A stretch of 64,000 bases of DNA from an uncultured Chloroflexia bacterium. GTDB lineage: Bacteria > Chloroflexota > Limnocylindria > Limnocylindrales > CSP1-4. Positions 1-10,539 of the stretch are shown piece by piece (position 1 is the stretch's first letter; each line of letters opens with the position of its first letter). The notes under the pieces are model-generated. The model saw nothing but the letters and a program-made list of their open reading frames with translations. It ran no database searches and was not told the DNA's origin. The stretch covers positions 2,839,511-2,903,510 of the forward strand of contig CAWHDR010000001.1 of assembly GCA_963828165.1 (NCBI GenBank), in the 5' to 3' direction. The translations under genes were made by a program, and so were the position numbers.

Positions 1-2119
1 CCGAGGCGCAGCGCCAGCTCTACGAGAACTTCAGCCTGTTCATCCGCAGCTTCCTGCCGCGCTACCCGCAGCCCGAGGCGGACGCCATCGAGAACCTGAG
101 CATGGCGGTCATCGTCGACCAGAAGCGGCTCGGCGGCGGATCGACCTCGACGGTCGGCACGATCACCGACATCTACACCGTGCTGCGGCTGCTCTTCTCC
201 CGGCTCGGCGAGCCCCACGTCGGCTACTCGAACGCGTTCTCGTTCAACGACCCGCAGGGCATGTGCCCCGAGTGCAACGGCCTGGGCAAGAAGATCGGCG
301 TCGTGTCCGACGACTTCCTGGACCTGTCCAAGTCACTCAACGAGGGCGCGGTCCAGGTCCCGGTCTGGGGCAGCTGGGAGATCGACGCCTACGCCGCGTC
401 CGGCTTCTTCGACAACGACAAGAAGCTCTCCGACTACACGCCCGAGGAGATGGACCTCCTCCTGTACGGCAAGGATCGCAAGTACAAGCTGCGCGATCGG
501 CGACAAGTCGATGAACGCCACCTACCTCGGCGTGATCGAGAAGTTCGAACAGGCCTATGTGCGGCGCGACCTCAAGACCCGCCCCGAGCGGACCCAGAAG
601 GCCGTCGAGCCGTACCTCCGGATGCGCACCTGCCCGCTGTGCAAGGGCGGCCGTCTGAGCCAGGCGGCGCTCGCTTCCAAGGTCAACGGACACGCGATCA
701 ACGAGCTCGCCGCGATGGAGGTGGGCCACGTGATCCCGATCATCCAGAGAGATCGAGGGTTCCGTCGCGGCGCCGATGATCGCGACGCTCGTGGAGCGGC
801 TCCAGGCCATGGTCGACATCGGGCTCGACTACCTGAGCCTGGACCGCGAGACGGACACGCTCTCGGGCGGCGAGTCGCAGCGCATCAAGATGGTCAAGCA
901 CCTCGGCAGCAGCCTCGTCGACGTCACGTACATCCTCGACGAGCCGAGCATCGGCCTCCACCCGCGCGACGTGCATCGCCTCAACGACCTGCTGCAGAAG
1001 CTGCGCGACAAGGGCAACACCGTGATCGTCGTCGAGCACGATCCGGACGTGATCAAGGTCGCCGACCACGTCGTCGACATGGGCCCGGGCGCGGGTGACG
1101 CCGGCGGTCGCATCGTGTTCGAGGGTACGTACGCGGACCTCAAGCGGGCCGACACGCTGACCGCCCGATTCCTGCAGCGCTCGCTGCCGATCAAGGAAGA
1201 CGTCCGCACGCCGAGCGGCTGGCTGCCGATCCGTGGTGCGGCCGTCAACAACCTCAAGGGCGTCGACGTCGACATCCCGACCGGGGTCCTGACGGTGATC
1301 ACGGGCGTCGCGGGCTCGGGCAAGAGCTCGCTCATCGACGGGGTGTTCCTGCCCGAGCATCCGGAGGCGATCGTGATCGACCAGTCCGCGATCGGGACGT
1401 CGACGCGCTCGAACCCGGCCACGTATACGGGTGTGATGGACGACATCCGCAAGGCGTTCGCGGCCGCGAACAAGGTCGATGCCGGTCTGTTCAGCTTCAA
1501 CTCGAAGGGAGCCTGCGAGACCTGCAACGGGGCCGGGGTGATCTACGCGGAGCTGTCGTTCCTGGGCGGCGTCAAGACGCCGTGCGAGACCTGCGAGGGG
1601 CGGCGCTTCAAGGACGAGGTCCTCGAGTACCGGCTCGACGGTCGCAACGTGAACGAGGTGCTGGGCCTCACGGTCGCCCACGCGCTCGAGGCATTCACGC
1701 ACAAGGAGATCCTCCGCAAGCTCCAGGCCATGAGCGACGTCGGTGTGGACTACCTGACCCTCGGGCAGCCACTGAGCACGCTCTCGGGCGGCGAATGCCA
1801 GCGCATCAAGCTCGCGAGCGAGCTGCACCGCAAGGGCAACATCTACGTCCTCGACGAGCCCACGACGGGGCTGCACATGTCCGACACGAGCCACCTGCTG
1901 GCGATGCTCGATCGGCTCGTGGATGCCGGCAACACCGTGATCGTCATCGAGCACAACCTCGATGTCGTCCGCAACGCGGACTGGATCATCGATCTCGGGC
2001 CGGAGGGTGGTACGCGCGGCGGCGAGATCGTGTTCACGGGCACGCCCACGGACTTGCTACGGGCCGAGCGATCGCTGACCGGCCAGTACCTGCGCAGGGA
2101 GGAACCGGCGGCCGCCTGA
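1..2119 (+). CDS. uvrA: UvrA-like (class II/DrrC-type) ABC ATPase, 5' end outside window, split by two frameshifts (~497, ~750)
   Basis: Joined ORFs 102-779, 511-1098 and 776-2119 give AEAQRQLYENFS..., FSFNDPQGMCPECNG, LSGGESQR, LDEPSIGLHPRD, GVAGSGKSS, LSGGECQR and LDEPTTGLH. These are two ABC cassettes with Zn fingers. Confidence 0.9.
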
Positions 2120-2163
2120 GCGACCGCCGGGCGGCCCGGTCCAACGCTTGACGAGGAGCATCG

Positions 2164-3015
2164 ATGCAGGTCGAGGTGAACGGGACCCGCCTCTGGTTCG
2201 ACGTCGACGGTCCCGCTCTCGTCCCGGTGGGCGCGGCGATGCGCGAACGGCCCACGATCGTGCTGCTGCACGGTGGGCCGGGTGGATACGACCACTCGTA
2301 TTTCAAGCCCGACTTCGCGCCCCTCACGCGCGTGTCCCAGGTCGTGTACCTGGACCTGCGTGATCACGGCCGGTCCGCGCGACACGACCCGGCCGATTGG
2401 ACCTTCGAGGCCTGCGCGGACGATGTTCGCGCGTTCTGCGACGCCCTGGGCATCGCCAGACCGATCGTGTTTGGCCACTCCCTGGGCGGCTTGACGGCAA
2501 TGCTGTATGGCGCCCGTCACCCCGGCCACGCCGGAGGCCTGGTCCTCCAATCGACGATGGCCCGGTTCGACCTGACGCGGCTCGCCGAGGGCTTCCGCCG
2601 CGTTGCCGGCGACGAGGTGGGCGAGCTGGCCAGGCGCGATTTCGGCGGCGAGCCGGTCACCGACGAGGACTCGGCCCGGGTCTTCACCGCCTTCGGTCCT
2701 CGGTTGCCGGACGGTCAGCAATTGGGTCGCAGGGTCGGGAACCCCGACATCGGGGAACCCGGGATGGAGCTGCTCCGCCGCTTCGACGTCGTCGACCAGC
2801 TCGGTCGTATCGAGTGCCCGACGCTCGTCTGCGTCGGCGACCTCGATCCGGTCACGCCCGTGGGGGCCGCCCAGGAGATATTCGAGGCACTGCCCGAGGG
2901 CATCCGGCGGCTGGAGCTGATGCGAGGCGCCGGTCACTTCCCGTGGAAGGACGTCCCCGATCGGTATTTCTCGGTCATCGCGGGCTTCGTCGAGGGCGCG
3001 GCCGGGCCGACCTAG
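2164..3015 (+). CDS. Alpha/beta hydrolase (proline iminopeptidase-like)
   Basis: LLHGGPGG oxyanion motif, GHSLGG nucleophile, GDLDP and AGHFP. An AGGAG RBS lies upstream. Confidence 0.88.
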   Translation: MQVEVNGTRLWFDVDGPALVPVGAAMRERPTIVLLHGGPGGYDHSYFKPDFAPLTRVSQVVYLDLRDHGRSARHDPADWTFEACADDVRAFCDALGIARPIVFGHSLGGLTAMLYGARHPGHAGGLVLQSTMARFDLTRLAEGFRRVAGDEVGELARRDFGGEPVTDEDSARVFTAFGPRLPDGQQLGRRVGNPDIGEPGMELLRRFDVVDQLGRIECPTLVCVGDLDPVTPVGAAQEIFEALPEGIRRLELMRGAGHFPWKDVPDRYFSVIAGFVEGAAGPT

Positions 3016-3065
3016 ACGCGGGACGTGACCGTGCAAGACTTGCCACACGCAAGGGGGTCACGGGC

Positions 3066-3563
3066 ATGGGTCTTGGGTTCCTCAGCCACGTCCGCCTGGC
3101 AATGGTGATCGGCCTGGCTTGCGTGTTGGCTGGCTGCGGGCCAGGTCAGACGCCCATCCCGGCCGGTGCCCAGCAGGTTCATGTGTCCATCGTCGGTTCC
3201 GAGGTCCGATTGGAACCCGCCACGGTCTCTGCAGGGGACGTCTACGTCGTGCTCGACACGCCGGGCTCCAGCGTCGGCTTCGCCCAACGGAAACGGACGG
3301 CGGCTGAGGCACCCGGTCCCTTGACGGATGCCGACCTGGACCGGCTCGCGCTCGGCGACACCCAGGGAACGGCCATCGGCGGGTTCGATGACACCGGGTG
3401 CTCGCCGGAACAGCGGGCCGAGTCCCGCGGCCGGATCGGTCCCTGCGGGAATGTCTTCCAGATCGTCCTGACGCCCGGCAGGTACGCGTTCTTCACCGGC
3501 AGCCTCGAGGGTGAGGCTGGCGCGGATCCCCAGTCGATCACCGTCCTCGAGGTCCTTCCGTGA
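3066..3563 (+). CDS. Putative lipoprotein, unknown function
   Basis: Hydrophobic signal ending in lipobox LAGC. This is the C-terminal part of ORF 2397-3563. Confidence 0.65.
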   Translation: MGLGFLSHVRLAMVIGLACVLAGCGPGQTPIPAGAQQVHVSIVGSEVRLEPATVSAGDVYVVLDTPGSSVGFAQRKRTAAEAPGPLTDADLDRLALGDTQGTAIGGFDDTGCSPEQRAESRGRIGPCGNVFQIVLTPGRYAFFTGSLEGEAGADPQSITVLEVLP

Positions 3564-3591
3564 GCGTGACCGGGCGGGCTACTCTTCGGAC

Positions 3592-4581
3592 GTGACGATC
3601 ACCCGCAGGACCGCGAAGGCGCCGAAGACCGCGCTGCCGACCTTCATCCCGCCGATGCTCGCGACGCTGGTGGCCGTCCCGTTCGACGATCCGGACTGGC
3701 AGTTCGAGATCAAGTGGGACGGCTTCCGGGTCGAGGCCATCGTCGAAGGCGGCACGGTCCGGCTCCTGACGCGCGGACAGCAGGACGCCGCAAGGTATTT
3801 CGGGCCGTTCCTGGAGCCGCCGACCTGGATCTCCGCGGGCCTGGCCGTCGTCGATGGCGAGGTCATCGCGATCGACGATCACGGCGAGCCCGATTTCGCG
3901 CTGCTCCAGGCCCGGATCAAGGGCGGCGGCAGGGGAGACGCGGCGACGCCGTTCATCTACGAGGTGTTCGATCTCCTCTTCCTCGATGGTCGGTCGTTGC
4001 TCGACGAGCCCCTGGAGAACCGCAGACGCATGCTGGGCGAGGTCCTGCGCCCCGACCCACGTGTCCGCCTGAGCGAGGACATCGCCGGGGACGGGATCGC
4101 GTTCTTCGAGGCAGCGAAGGTGCGTGGCCTCGAGGGCATCATGGCCAAGGACCGTCGCTCGACCTACCTGCCCGGGAAGCGGTCGATGGCCTGGCAGAAG
4201 ATCAAGATCCGGCCGGAGCAGGAGCTCGTGGTCGGTGGGTACACGCGCGGGACAGGGACAGCGGTGGATCTCGGCGCCCTGCTCGTCGGGGTCTACGAGG
4301 CTGGCGCGCTCCGATATGCCGGCAAGGTGGGCGCCGGCTTCACCGCCGACGTCCGAAAGGAGCTCCTGACCGCGATCGAACCGCTGGCAGCCGACGAGTC
4401 ACCGTTCGCGATCCGACCACCCCGGGCCGCGGCTCGGAACGCCATCTGGCTTCGCCCGGAGCTTGTCATCCGGGCCGAGTTCGCTGGCTGGACCGGCGAC
4501 GGACTCGTCCGCCAGGCGGCGTACAAGGGCTTCGATCTCGGCAAGGACCCCAAGGCCGTCGTTCGTGAGGCGCCCGGGTAA
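3592..4581 (+). CDS. ligD: ATP-dependent DNA ligase, LigD ligase domain (NHEJ)
   Basis: EIKWDGFR adenylation motif, VVDGEV, FDLL, LEGIMAK and C-terminal OB fold (YAGKVGAGF, WLRPEL). TACTCT-N6-GTG start. Confidence 0.9.
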   Translation: MTITRRTAKAPKTALPTFIPPMLATLVAVPFDDPDWQFEIKWDGFRVEAIVEGGTVRLLTRGQQDAARYFGPFLEPPTWISAGLAVVDGEVIAIDDHGEPDFALLQARIKGGGRGDAATPFIYEVFDLLFLDGRSLLDEPLENRRRMLGEVLRPDPRVRLSEDIAGDGIAFFEAAKVRGLEGIMAKDRRSTYLPGKRSMAWQKIKIRPEQELVVGGYTRGTGTAVDLGALLVGVYEAGALRYAGKVGAGFTADVRKELLTAIEPLAADESPFAIRPPRAAARNAIWLRPELVIRAEFAGWTGDGLVRQAAYKGFDLGKDPKAVVREAPG

Positions 4582-4636
4582 GGCTCTACCCATCCCGAAT
4601 CGACGCCCAATCCTGTCGATCGAGAGAAGGGGAGCG

Positions 4637-4855
4637 ATGCAAGCAGCCCTCCAGGAGCGCTACGGCCCGCCCGAAGTCGTCCGCGTCACGGACGTCGAGC
4701 GCCCAGTTCCCATGGACGACGAGGTGCTGATCCGCGTCCATGCCGCGTCCGTGAACCGTGCCGACCTCGACGCGCTCGGGCCACGGCCGGGCTTCGTCCG
4801 GCTGTTCCTCGGCATGCGCGCGCCAAGGAACCATCGCACGGGCATCGATGTCGCC
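4637..4855 (+). pseudogene. 5' stump of a Zn-type alcohol dehydrogenase / NADP quinone oxidoreductase
   Basis: MQAALQERYGPPEVVRV...EVLIRVHAASVNRAD...RTGIDVA matches the GroES-like N-terminus, then similarity stops after about 73 aa. Confidence 0.75.
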
Positions 4856-5117
4856 GATCTCGGCATGCAGTGGCTCGAGCGCCGAGAGGTCGCTTCCGCG
4901 CAGGCCGGCCCTGCGAAACGACGCCCGGTGGAGCCAGGCACCCGACAGGTCGACGTCGCGGAACGTCGCGCCTCCGGCGTTCGGCGGGGCCGGATCGTCC
5001 TGCGTCGTGACGATCCCGCTGCTCTTCCTGGCCGAGGGCTGGCGACCAACGACACGGTGGGTTTACGGTATGCGCGCGCAGCACGACTGCGTGGCTGGGA
5101 GCAGCGGGTACTGCACC

Positions 5118-7082
5118 ATGGTCGAGACACTCGAACTCGGTCGCGAAGCGATGAACCGCCACGCTTGGGCAGAGGCGGTGGACGTGTTCGTCGCAGTCGA
5201 CAACGACGGCGGCCTCGGAGCGGGTGACCTCGAACAGCTCGGCACTGCGGCCTGGTGGTCGGGGCAGCCTGACCAGGCCACGGAAGCGCTGGAACGGGCG
5301 TTCACCGCCTATGCCGACGCCGGCCAGTCGAGCGATGCCGCGCGGGTCGCCCTGGCCCTCGCGTACCAGGGTTTTCGTCGCCAGGCCGGTTCGGTCGGCG
5401 GTGGCTGGCTGGCCCGGGCGGCTCGTTTGCTCGAATCGGACCCTGAATCGCCGTCACACGCTCGGATCGCCGTCTTCCACACGCTCGGAGCGCTGATGGA
5501 GGGCCGACTGACGCAGGGCATCGAGCTGGCCGATCGAGCGATCGAGCTCGCGCAGAAACACCACGACCCCGATGCCAACTACCTGGCGATGAGCTTCAAA
5601 GGCATGGGCCTGGTGTTCGCGGGGGAGCTGGAGGCTGGTCTGGCCTTGATCGACGAGGCGGCCGCGGCGGCCGCCTCGGGACAGCTCGAGCTCCGGACCG
5701 CCAGCGACATCTACTGCAACACGATGGCCGCCTGTCGAAACGTCGGCGATCTCAAGCGCGCGAGCCAGTGGGCGGATGAAGGGGAGCGCTGGATGCGTCG
5801 CCAGGCGGTGGGCGGCTATCCCGGCATCTGTCGCGTGCATCGCGCCGAGCTCAAGCGACTCCACGGCCGATGGTCCGAGGCCGAGCAGGAGGCGCGCCAG
5901 GCCTGCGTGGAGCTCGAGCGCTTCGGGCTCCTCGATGCGGTTGGCTACGCGCAATACGAGGTGGGCGAGGTTCGCCTGCGGATGGGCGACCTGGACGCGG
6001 CCGGCGAAGCCTTCGACCGAGCGTACGAATACGGACACGACGCACAGCCAGGGATCGCACTCCTGCACCTGGCCCGCGGCGAGATCGACGAGGCCAAACG
6101 CTCGATCGAACGCGCGCTCGCGGCGACAACCAGCGGCGGGGGTGCCACCGACCGCGCGACCCGGGCGCGATTGCTCCCGGCCCAGATCGATATCGCCCTG
6201 GCGGCTGGCGACCTCGAGACCGCCGGCCCAGCCGTCGATGAGCTGGAAACGATCGCGACCGACTTCCACCGACCCGTGTTCGAAGCGGGCGCACTCACGG
6301 CCCGCGGAGAGCTCTTCCTCGGTGAGGATCGGCCCGCGGACGCATCGCCCCTCCTCGGACGGTCCTGGCGGATGTGGCAGGACACGGAACTGCCCTACGA
6401 GAGTGCCCGGGCGCGCCTGCGGTATGCCGAAGCCGAGGCGGCCGCGGGCGACCCAGAGGGTGCTCGCCGGGATCTGCGTGCTGCCCGCAGCGCGTTCGAG
6501 CGGCTCGGAGCGAGGCGCGACCTAGCACGCGTCGACGCGGTCCTGGGGGAGGGGTCCGAATCGTCGGCCCATGCCACCCGGCGGGTGACCAGGACGTTCA
6601 TGTTCACCGACATCGTCACGTCCACCGACCTCGTCGGGTTGATCGGCGATGACGCCTGGGGTGACCTGCTCAAATGGCACGACCGGGAGCTGCGATCCGC
6701 CTTTGCGAACCACCGCGGGGAGGAGGTCAAGCGCACCGGCGACGGCTTCTTCGTCGCGTTCGAGCGAGCCGCTGACGCCCTCGAGTGCGCGGTCGACATC
6801 CAACGCCGGCTGGCGCGGCACCGCCAGGATCACGGGTTTGCACCCACGGTCCGCATCGGTCTCCACACGGCGGAGGGATCGCGCGATGGCGGCGACTATC
6901 AGGGCCGAGGCGTGCACGTGGCCGCGCGCATCGGCGCGGCCGCGACGTCCGCTGAGATCCTCGTGTCGACCGGGACGCTTGGCGAGATGGGCTCGGTCCG
7001 TTTCGGGTTGTCCGAGACGCGCCAGCTCACCCTCAAGGGGGTCGAAGAGGCCGTGGAGGTCCGCAGCGTCGTCTGGCGGTAG
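5118..7082 (+). CDS. TPR-like helical sensor fused to class III adenylate/guanylate cyclase
   Basis: Ala-rich helical repeats followed by FMFTDIVTST, KRTGDGFF, RIGLHTAE and VHVAARIG. Confidence 0.85.
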   Translation: MVETLELGREAMNRHAWAEAVDVFVAVDNDGGLGAGDLEQLGTAAWWSGQPDQATEALERAFTAYADAGQSSDAARVALALAYQGFRRQAGSVGGGWLARAARLLESDPESPSHARIAVFHTLGALMEGRLTQGIELADRAIELAQKHHDPDANYLAMSFKGMGLVFAGELEAGLALIDEAAAAAASGQLELRTASDIYCNTMAACRNVGDLKRASQWADEGERWMRRQAVGGYPGICRVHRAELKRLHGRWSEAEQEARQACVELERFGLLDAVGYAQYEVGEVRLRMGDLDAAGEAFDRAYEYGHDAQPGIALLHLARGEIDEAKRSIERALAATTSGGGATDRATRARLLPAQIDIALAAGDLETAGPAVDELETIATDFHRPVFEAGALTARGELFLGEDRPADASPLLGRSWRMWQDTELPYESARARLRYAEAEAAAGDPEGARRDLRAARSAFERLGARRDLARVDAVLGEGSESSAHATRRVTRTFMFTDIVTSTDLVGLIGDDAWGDLLKWHDRELRSAFANHRGEEVKRTGDGFFVAFERAADALECAVDIQRRLARHRQDHGFAPTVRIGLHTAEGSRDGGDYQGRGVHVAARIGAAATSAEILVSTGTLGEMGSVRFGLSETRQLTLKGVEEAVEVRSVVWR

Positions 7083-7116
7083 CGGAGGCGCGAGCTGGGG
7101 CCCCGTCGTGGCCCCA

Positions 7117-8760
7117 TCAGTTGGGCGAGAGATCCTCCAGGCGCCACGCCTCCACGAGATCGCTCTTGCCCTTCACGCGCAGCGCGCCCAGTGGCTCGCC
7201 GGCCCGGCCGTCTCCGAGCGCCTCCCAGGTCGCCTTGCCGATGACCACCTGTCCCGGCTCGCCCGCCGCCATGAGGCGCGCTGCGGTATTGATCGAGTCA
7301 CCGATGGCCGAGAAGCTCCGCCGAGCGTCCGCACCTACGACCCCGACGACCGCAGGCCCGGTGTTGACACCGATGCGGAACACGGGCCAGCGGGGATGGG
7401 CCGCGGCGACCGGCTTTCCAGCAGCCACGATCGACAGGCCCGTGCGGGCAGCCCGCTCTGCATGATCGGGCTGGTCGCCGCCCGCATTGAAGATGGCCAT
7501 CACGCCGTCACCCGCGAAGTGCTCGATCACCCCGCCGCCGGCATCGATCGCCGGGACGACCGCCCCCCAGTACTCGTTCAGCATGCCGACGACCTCGGTC
7601 GGTGACCGGGTCTCGCTGAACGTCGTGAATCCGGCGAGATCGGCAAACACGACGCTCACCTCACGCTCCTTGCCCGGGGACGCGGCTACATCGGGCGTGA
7701 CGCCACGGATCCCCTGGGTCACGACCGACGGCAGATACGGCTGGAATGCAGCGTCCAGGCGCCGAACCTCGCGGGCCGTCTCCGTGAGCAGGGCCAGCTC
7801 ATCGTCCGACGCACCCTCGCGCCGCAGGTCCGACAGCACGCGTTCGGTCGACTCTCCCCGAACCTCCGCTGACGCGACCGACGTCACCGCCGACGCGAAC
7901 CAGCGATCGACGCTGGCGAGCGTCGCCTCGAGGTAGAGACCCCCGAACGTCGCGGACAGGGAACCGCCGCGACGGTACTCCTGGCGGGCACCAAGGGCGA
8001 TCGCCGCGAAGGCCGCGAGCATCAGCAGATGCCACTCCCACCAGCTGGCGTGCCAGTTCCGGCTCAGCGACACGGCGATCATCGCCTCGGCCAGCAGCAC
8101 GTACGCCACGCCCATGCTGAAGGTCACGGCACCACCGCGGTGGCGATAGAACAGGAACGAGCGCCACGCCGAATAGGCGTACAGCGCGACCGCGACGAAT
8201 GAAAGGAATCTGAGCGGACCGGCTCCCTCGAACGCCGTGGGCGGCCCGTTGAGGGGCGGTAGCCGCGCGATCGAGACGAACGCCCAGACGGCCATCAACG
8301 CCAGGAGACCACCGAGCAGGAGCGGTCGCAAACGGAGGACCGTCTGGGCCCGCGGCCCGGCCAGCGGGCTGGTGGACGCCGCCGCGAAGACCGACGCGAT
8401 GATGAGCCCGACCGGCGTGGCCGTGGCGAACCCGACGTTCGACTCGGCCAGCAGCACGCCCGGCGTCGCGAGGGCATGCAGGCCGAGGAACCCAGCACTC
8501 GACAGGAAGGCGAGCGAGATCAGCACGACCCGGGCGTCTCGGTAGCGTCCCGCCGCGATATTGGTCACGTACGCCAGGACGGCATTCACGGCCGCCGCCA
8601 CCAGGACGAGCCAGAAATGGCTCGGCTCGTGGTGCCATTCCATATCGAGTTCGGGCCGCGCCAGGAGCAGGCCCAGCCCGATGAGCGGCAGCGTCAACGT
8701 CAGCGCCGTGACCCACGGGATCCGCGCCGAGTCGCCCACCGGACGGACCTCGCTCGCCAT
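7117..8760 (-). CDS. Multi-pass membrane sensor fused to class III adenylate/guanylate cyclase
   Basis: About 8 TM helices followed by VVFADLAGFT, HFAGDGVMA, RIGVNTG and GDSINTAARL. TATCTT-N6-ATG start. Confidence 0.88.
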   Translation of the reverse strand: MASEVRPVGDSARIPWVTALTLTLPLIGLGLLLARPELDMEWHHEPSHFWLVLVAAAVNAVLAYVTNIAAGRYRDARVVLISLAFLSSAGFLGLHALATPGVLLAESNVGFATATPVGLIIASVFAAASTSPLAGPRAQTVLRLRPLLLGGLLALMAVWAFVSIARLPPLNGPPTAFEGAGPLRFLSFVAVALYAYSAWRSFLFYRHRGGAVTFSMGVAYVLLAEAMIAVSLSRNWHASWWEWHLLMLAAFAAIALGARQEYRRGGSLSATFGGLYLEATLASVDRWFASAVTSVASAEVRGESTERVLSDLRREGASDDELALLTETAREVRRLDAAFQPYLPSVVTQGIRGVTPDVAASPGKEREVSVVFADLAGFTTFSETRSPTEVVGMLNEYWGAVVPAIDAGGGVIEHFAGDGVMAIFNAGGDQPDHAERAARTGLSIVAAGKPVAAAHPRWPVFRIGVNTGPAVVGVVGADARRSFSAIGDSINTAARLMAAGEPGQVVIGKATWEALGDGRAGEPLGALRVKGKSDLVEAWRLEDLSPN

Positions 8761-8817
8761 CGCCAAAAGATACGCCCGGCCCGTCAGCGGCCGCGACGTC
8801 CCGGCGGCGGGTGACCC

Positions 8818-9204
8818 CTAGTTCAGCGCCACGACCAGGCTGGACACGAGGAGCACGACCGCGACCGGCACCCAGATCCGGCGCTCACGCGCGCTTCGAC
8901 TGATCGCGTTCAGGGCGACGGCGACCACCGACACCGCGACGGGGACCCAGACCAGCCACGGCAACCCCGTCGCGATCTCCGGCAGGGTGACGCCAGCGTC
9001 CGACAGGACCACGAGCGCCAGCAGCCCGATCACGACGCCCTGGATCATGGCCGCGACCCGCAGCGGGGGAGGGAACCGGCCGGGAAACGATCCGCCCATC
9101 GCGTAGACACCCCACGGCGCACCGAGGGCCAGCGCGAACTGGAACACGACGACCCCGATCGCCACGGCGGCGAACAGGAGGGCGGCGGCGGCCTGGATAT
9201 CCAC
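8818..9204 (-). CDS. Small 4-TM membrane protein
   Basis: FQFALALGAPWG..AMGG..PG motif with four hydrophobic segments. GTG start inferred. Confidence 0.7.
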   Translation of the reverse strand: MDIQAAAALLFAAVAIGVVVFQFALALGAPWGVYAMGGSFPGRFPPPLRVAAMIQGVVIGLLALVVLSDAGVTLPEIATGLPWLVWVPVAVSVVAVALNAISRSARERRIWVPVAVVLLVSSLVVALN

Positions 9205-9265
9205 CCAGGCATCTTCGCAGACCCGTTGCCGGGAACCTCGTCGTGCCTCCGGTCGTCCGGAGGCC

Positions 9266-9859
9266 GTGACCAACTCGACTGCGAGCTCCCCGCTCGCCCG
9301 CTTCGACGCGCTCTTCACGGAGCACCAACGGCCCGTGCTCGCCTACGCGACGCGCCGCACGCCGACGCTCGCGGATGCCGAGGACGTCACCGCGGAGACG
9401 TTCACGATCGCGTGGCGCAAGATCGACGCGGTTCCCGTCGTGGATCCCCTCCCGTGGCTCTACGCCGTCGCGCGGCGTGTCCTTGCCAACCACCGCCGGG
9501 GCAGCGGCCGTCGCGAACGACTCGCCGCGCTGCTCCGGGTCGAGGACGTCGCCACGCCCATGCGCGCCGGTGACGACCTCGACGGACCCGTGTTCCTCGC
9601 CCTGGCATCGTTGTCGCCGGCCGACCAGGAGCTCCTGCGCCTCGTCGCGTGGGAGGAGCTGGGAAACCAGCAGATCGCCGCGGTCCTCGACATCACGCCG
9701 AACGCGGTCGCCATCCGCCTCCATCGAGCGCGCGCGCGCTTCGCAGACGCCCTCGCCCGAGAATCCCGGGACGATGACCTGAAAGATCTGGATCCGAGCC
9801 GGACATCGGCAGATGTGAAGGGCACGAACGGTGCCGCATGGAACGGAGTGGCGAAATGA
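9266..9859 (+). CDS. ECF RNA polymerase sigma factor
   Basis: Region 2 (DAEDVTAETFTIAWR, WLYAVARR) and region 4 (EELGNQQIAAVLDITPNAVAIRLHRAR). Confidence 0.9.
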   Translation: MTNSTASSPLARFDALFTEHQRPVLAYATRRTPTLADAEDVTAETFTIAWRKIDAVPVVDPLPWLYAVARRVLANHRRGSGRRERLAALLRVEDVATPMRAGDDLDGPVFLALASLSPADQELLRLVAWEELGNQQIAAVLDITPNAVAIRLHRARARFADALARESRDDDLKDLDPSRTSADVKGTNGAAWNGVAK

Positions 9860-10479
9860 GCATGACGAACGGACCCGATCCGATCGACCGGCTCGGCGCT
9901 GCCAACCCGACCCGTGCGGACGAGGTGCCCGCCGCGAGTCTCGCCCGCGTGTCGGCGAGGATCCAGGAGCACATCGTGACCGACATCCAGAACACTCCCA
10001 CCACCGCCCCCCGGCGCCGCCCGTTCGCCCTGTTGGGCGGCCTGGCCCTCGCTGGCGCGTTCGCCCTCGCGATCGCCTTGGGGTCGAACCTCGGCGCTCC
10101 GGCGCCCGGCGGCGCGCCGATCGCCGCGAACCCGAGTCCATCCGAAAACCCCGCGGCCGGCGGCGGCGGCCTGGCATCGTGCCTCGTCTACGATCCGGCC
10201 AATCTGCCGACGTTCGACATCGTCTTCGATGGGACCGTCACCGCCGTCGATGGCGACCAGGTCACGTTCGATGTCAACGAGGACTGGAAGGGCGCCGGTG
10301 ACAGCATCACCCTGACCGCGCCCGACACGGACGTCGCGCTCCTGGGCGAGATGCCCGAATTCGAAGCCGGGGGCCGGTACCTCGTGACCGCGGCCGGCTC
10401 GAACATCAACGCGTGCGGCTACACGCTCGACTACTCCGCCGATGAGGCGGCCAAGTGGGCGGCGGCCTTCGCCGGCTGA
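9856..10479 (+). CDS. Putative single-pass anti-sigma factor
   Basis: ATGA overlap with the ECF gene. Cytoplasmic N-terminus, one TM helix and an extracellular Cys-containing domain. Confidence 0.65.
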   Translation: MSMTNGPDPIDRLGAANPTRADEVPAASLARVSARIQEHIVTDIQNTPTTAPRRRPFALLGGLALAGAFALAIALGSNLGAPAPGGAPIAANPSPSENPAAGGGGLASCLVYDPANLPTFDIVFDGTVTAVDGDQVTFDVNEDWKGAGDSITLTAPDTDVALLGEMPEFEAGGRYLVTAAGSNINACGYTLDYSADEAAKWAAAFAG

Positions 10480-10501
10480 CCCGATCTTCCACGGCAACCG
10501 C

Positions 10502-10525
10502 AGACCCCGCCCGATGGCGGGGTCT
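10502..10525. terminator. Hairpin between convergent genes
   Basis: AGACCCCGCC-CGAT-GGCGGGGTCT, a perfect 10-bp stem. Confidence 0.7.
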
Positions 10526-10539
10526 CGGCTTGTCCGGGC

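Noticed and set aside
740-1954. Long antisense and alternative-frame ORFs (also 29337-30881, 32020-33813, 55476-59299 and others)
   Set aside because: Shadow ORFs typical of GC-rich DNA, overlapping well-supported genes and lacking motifs.
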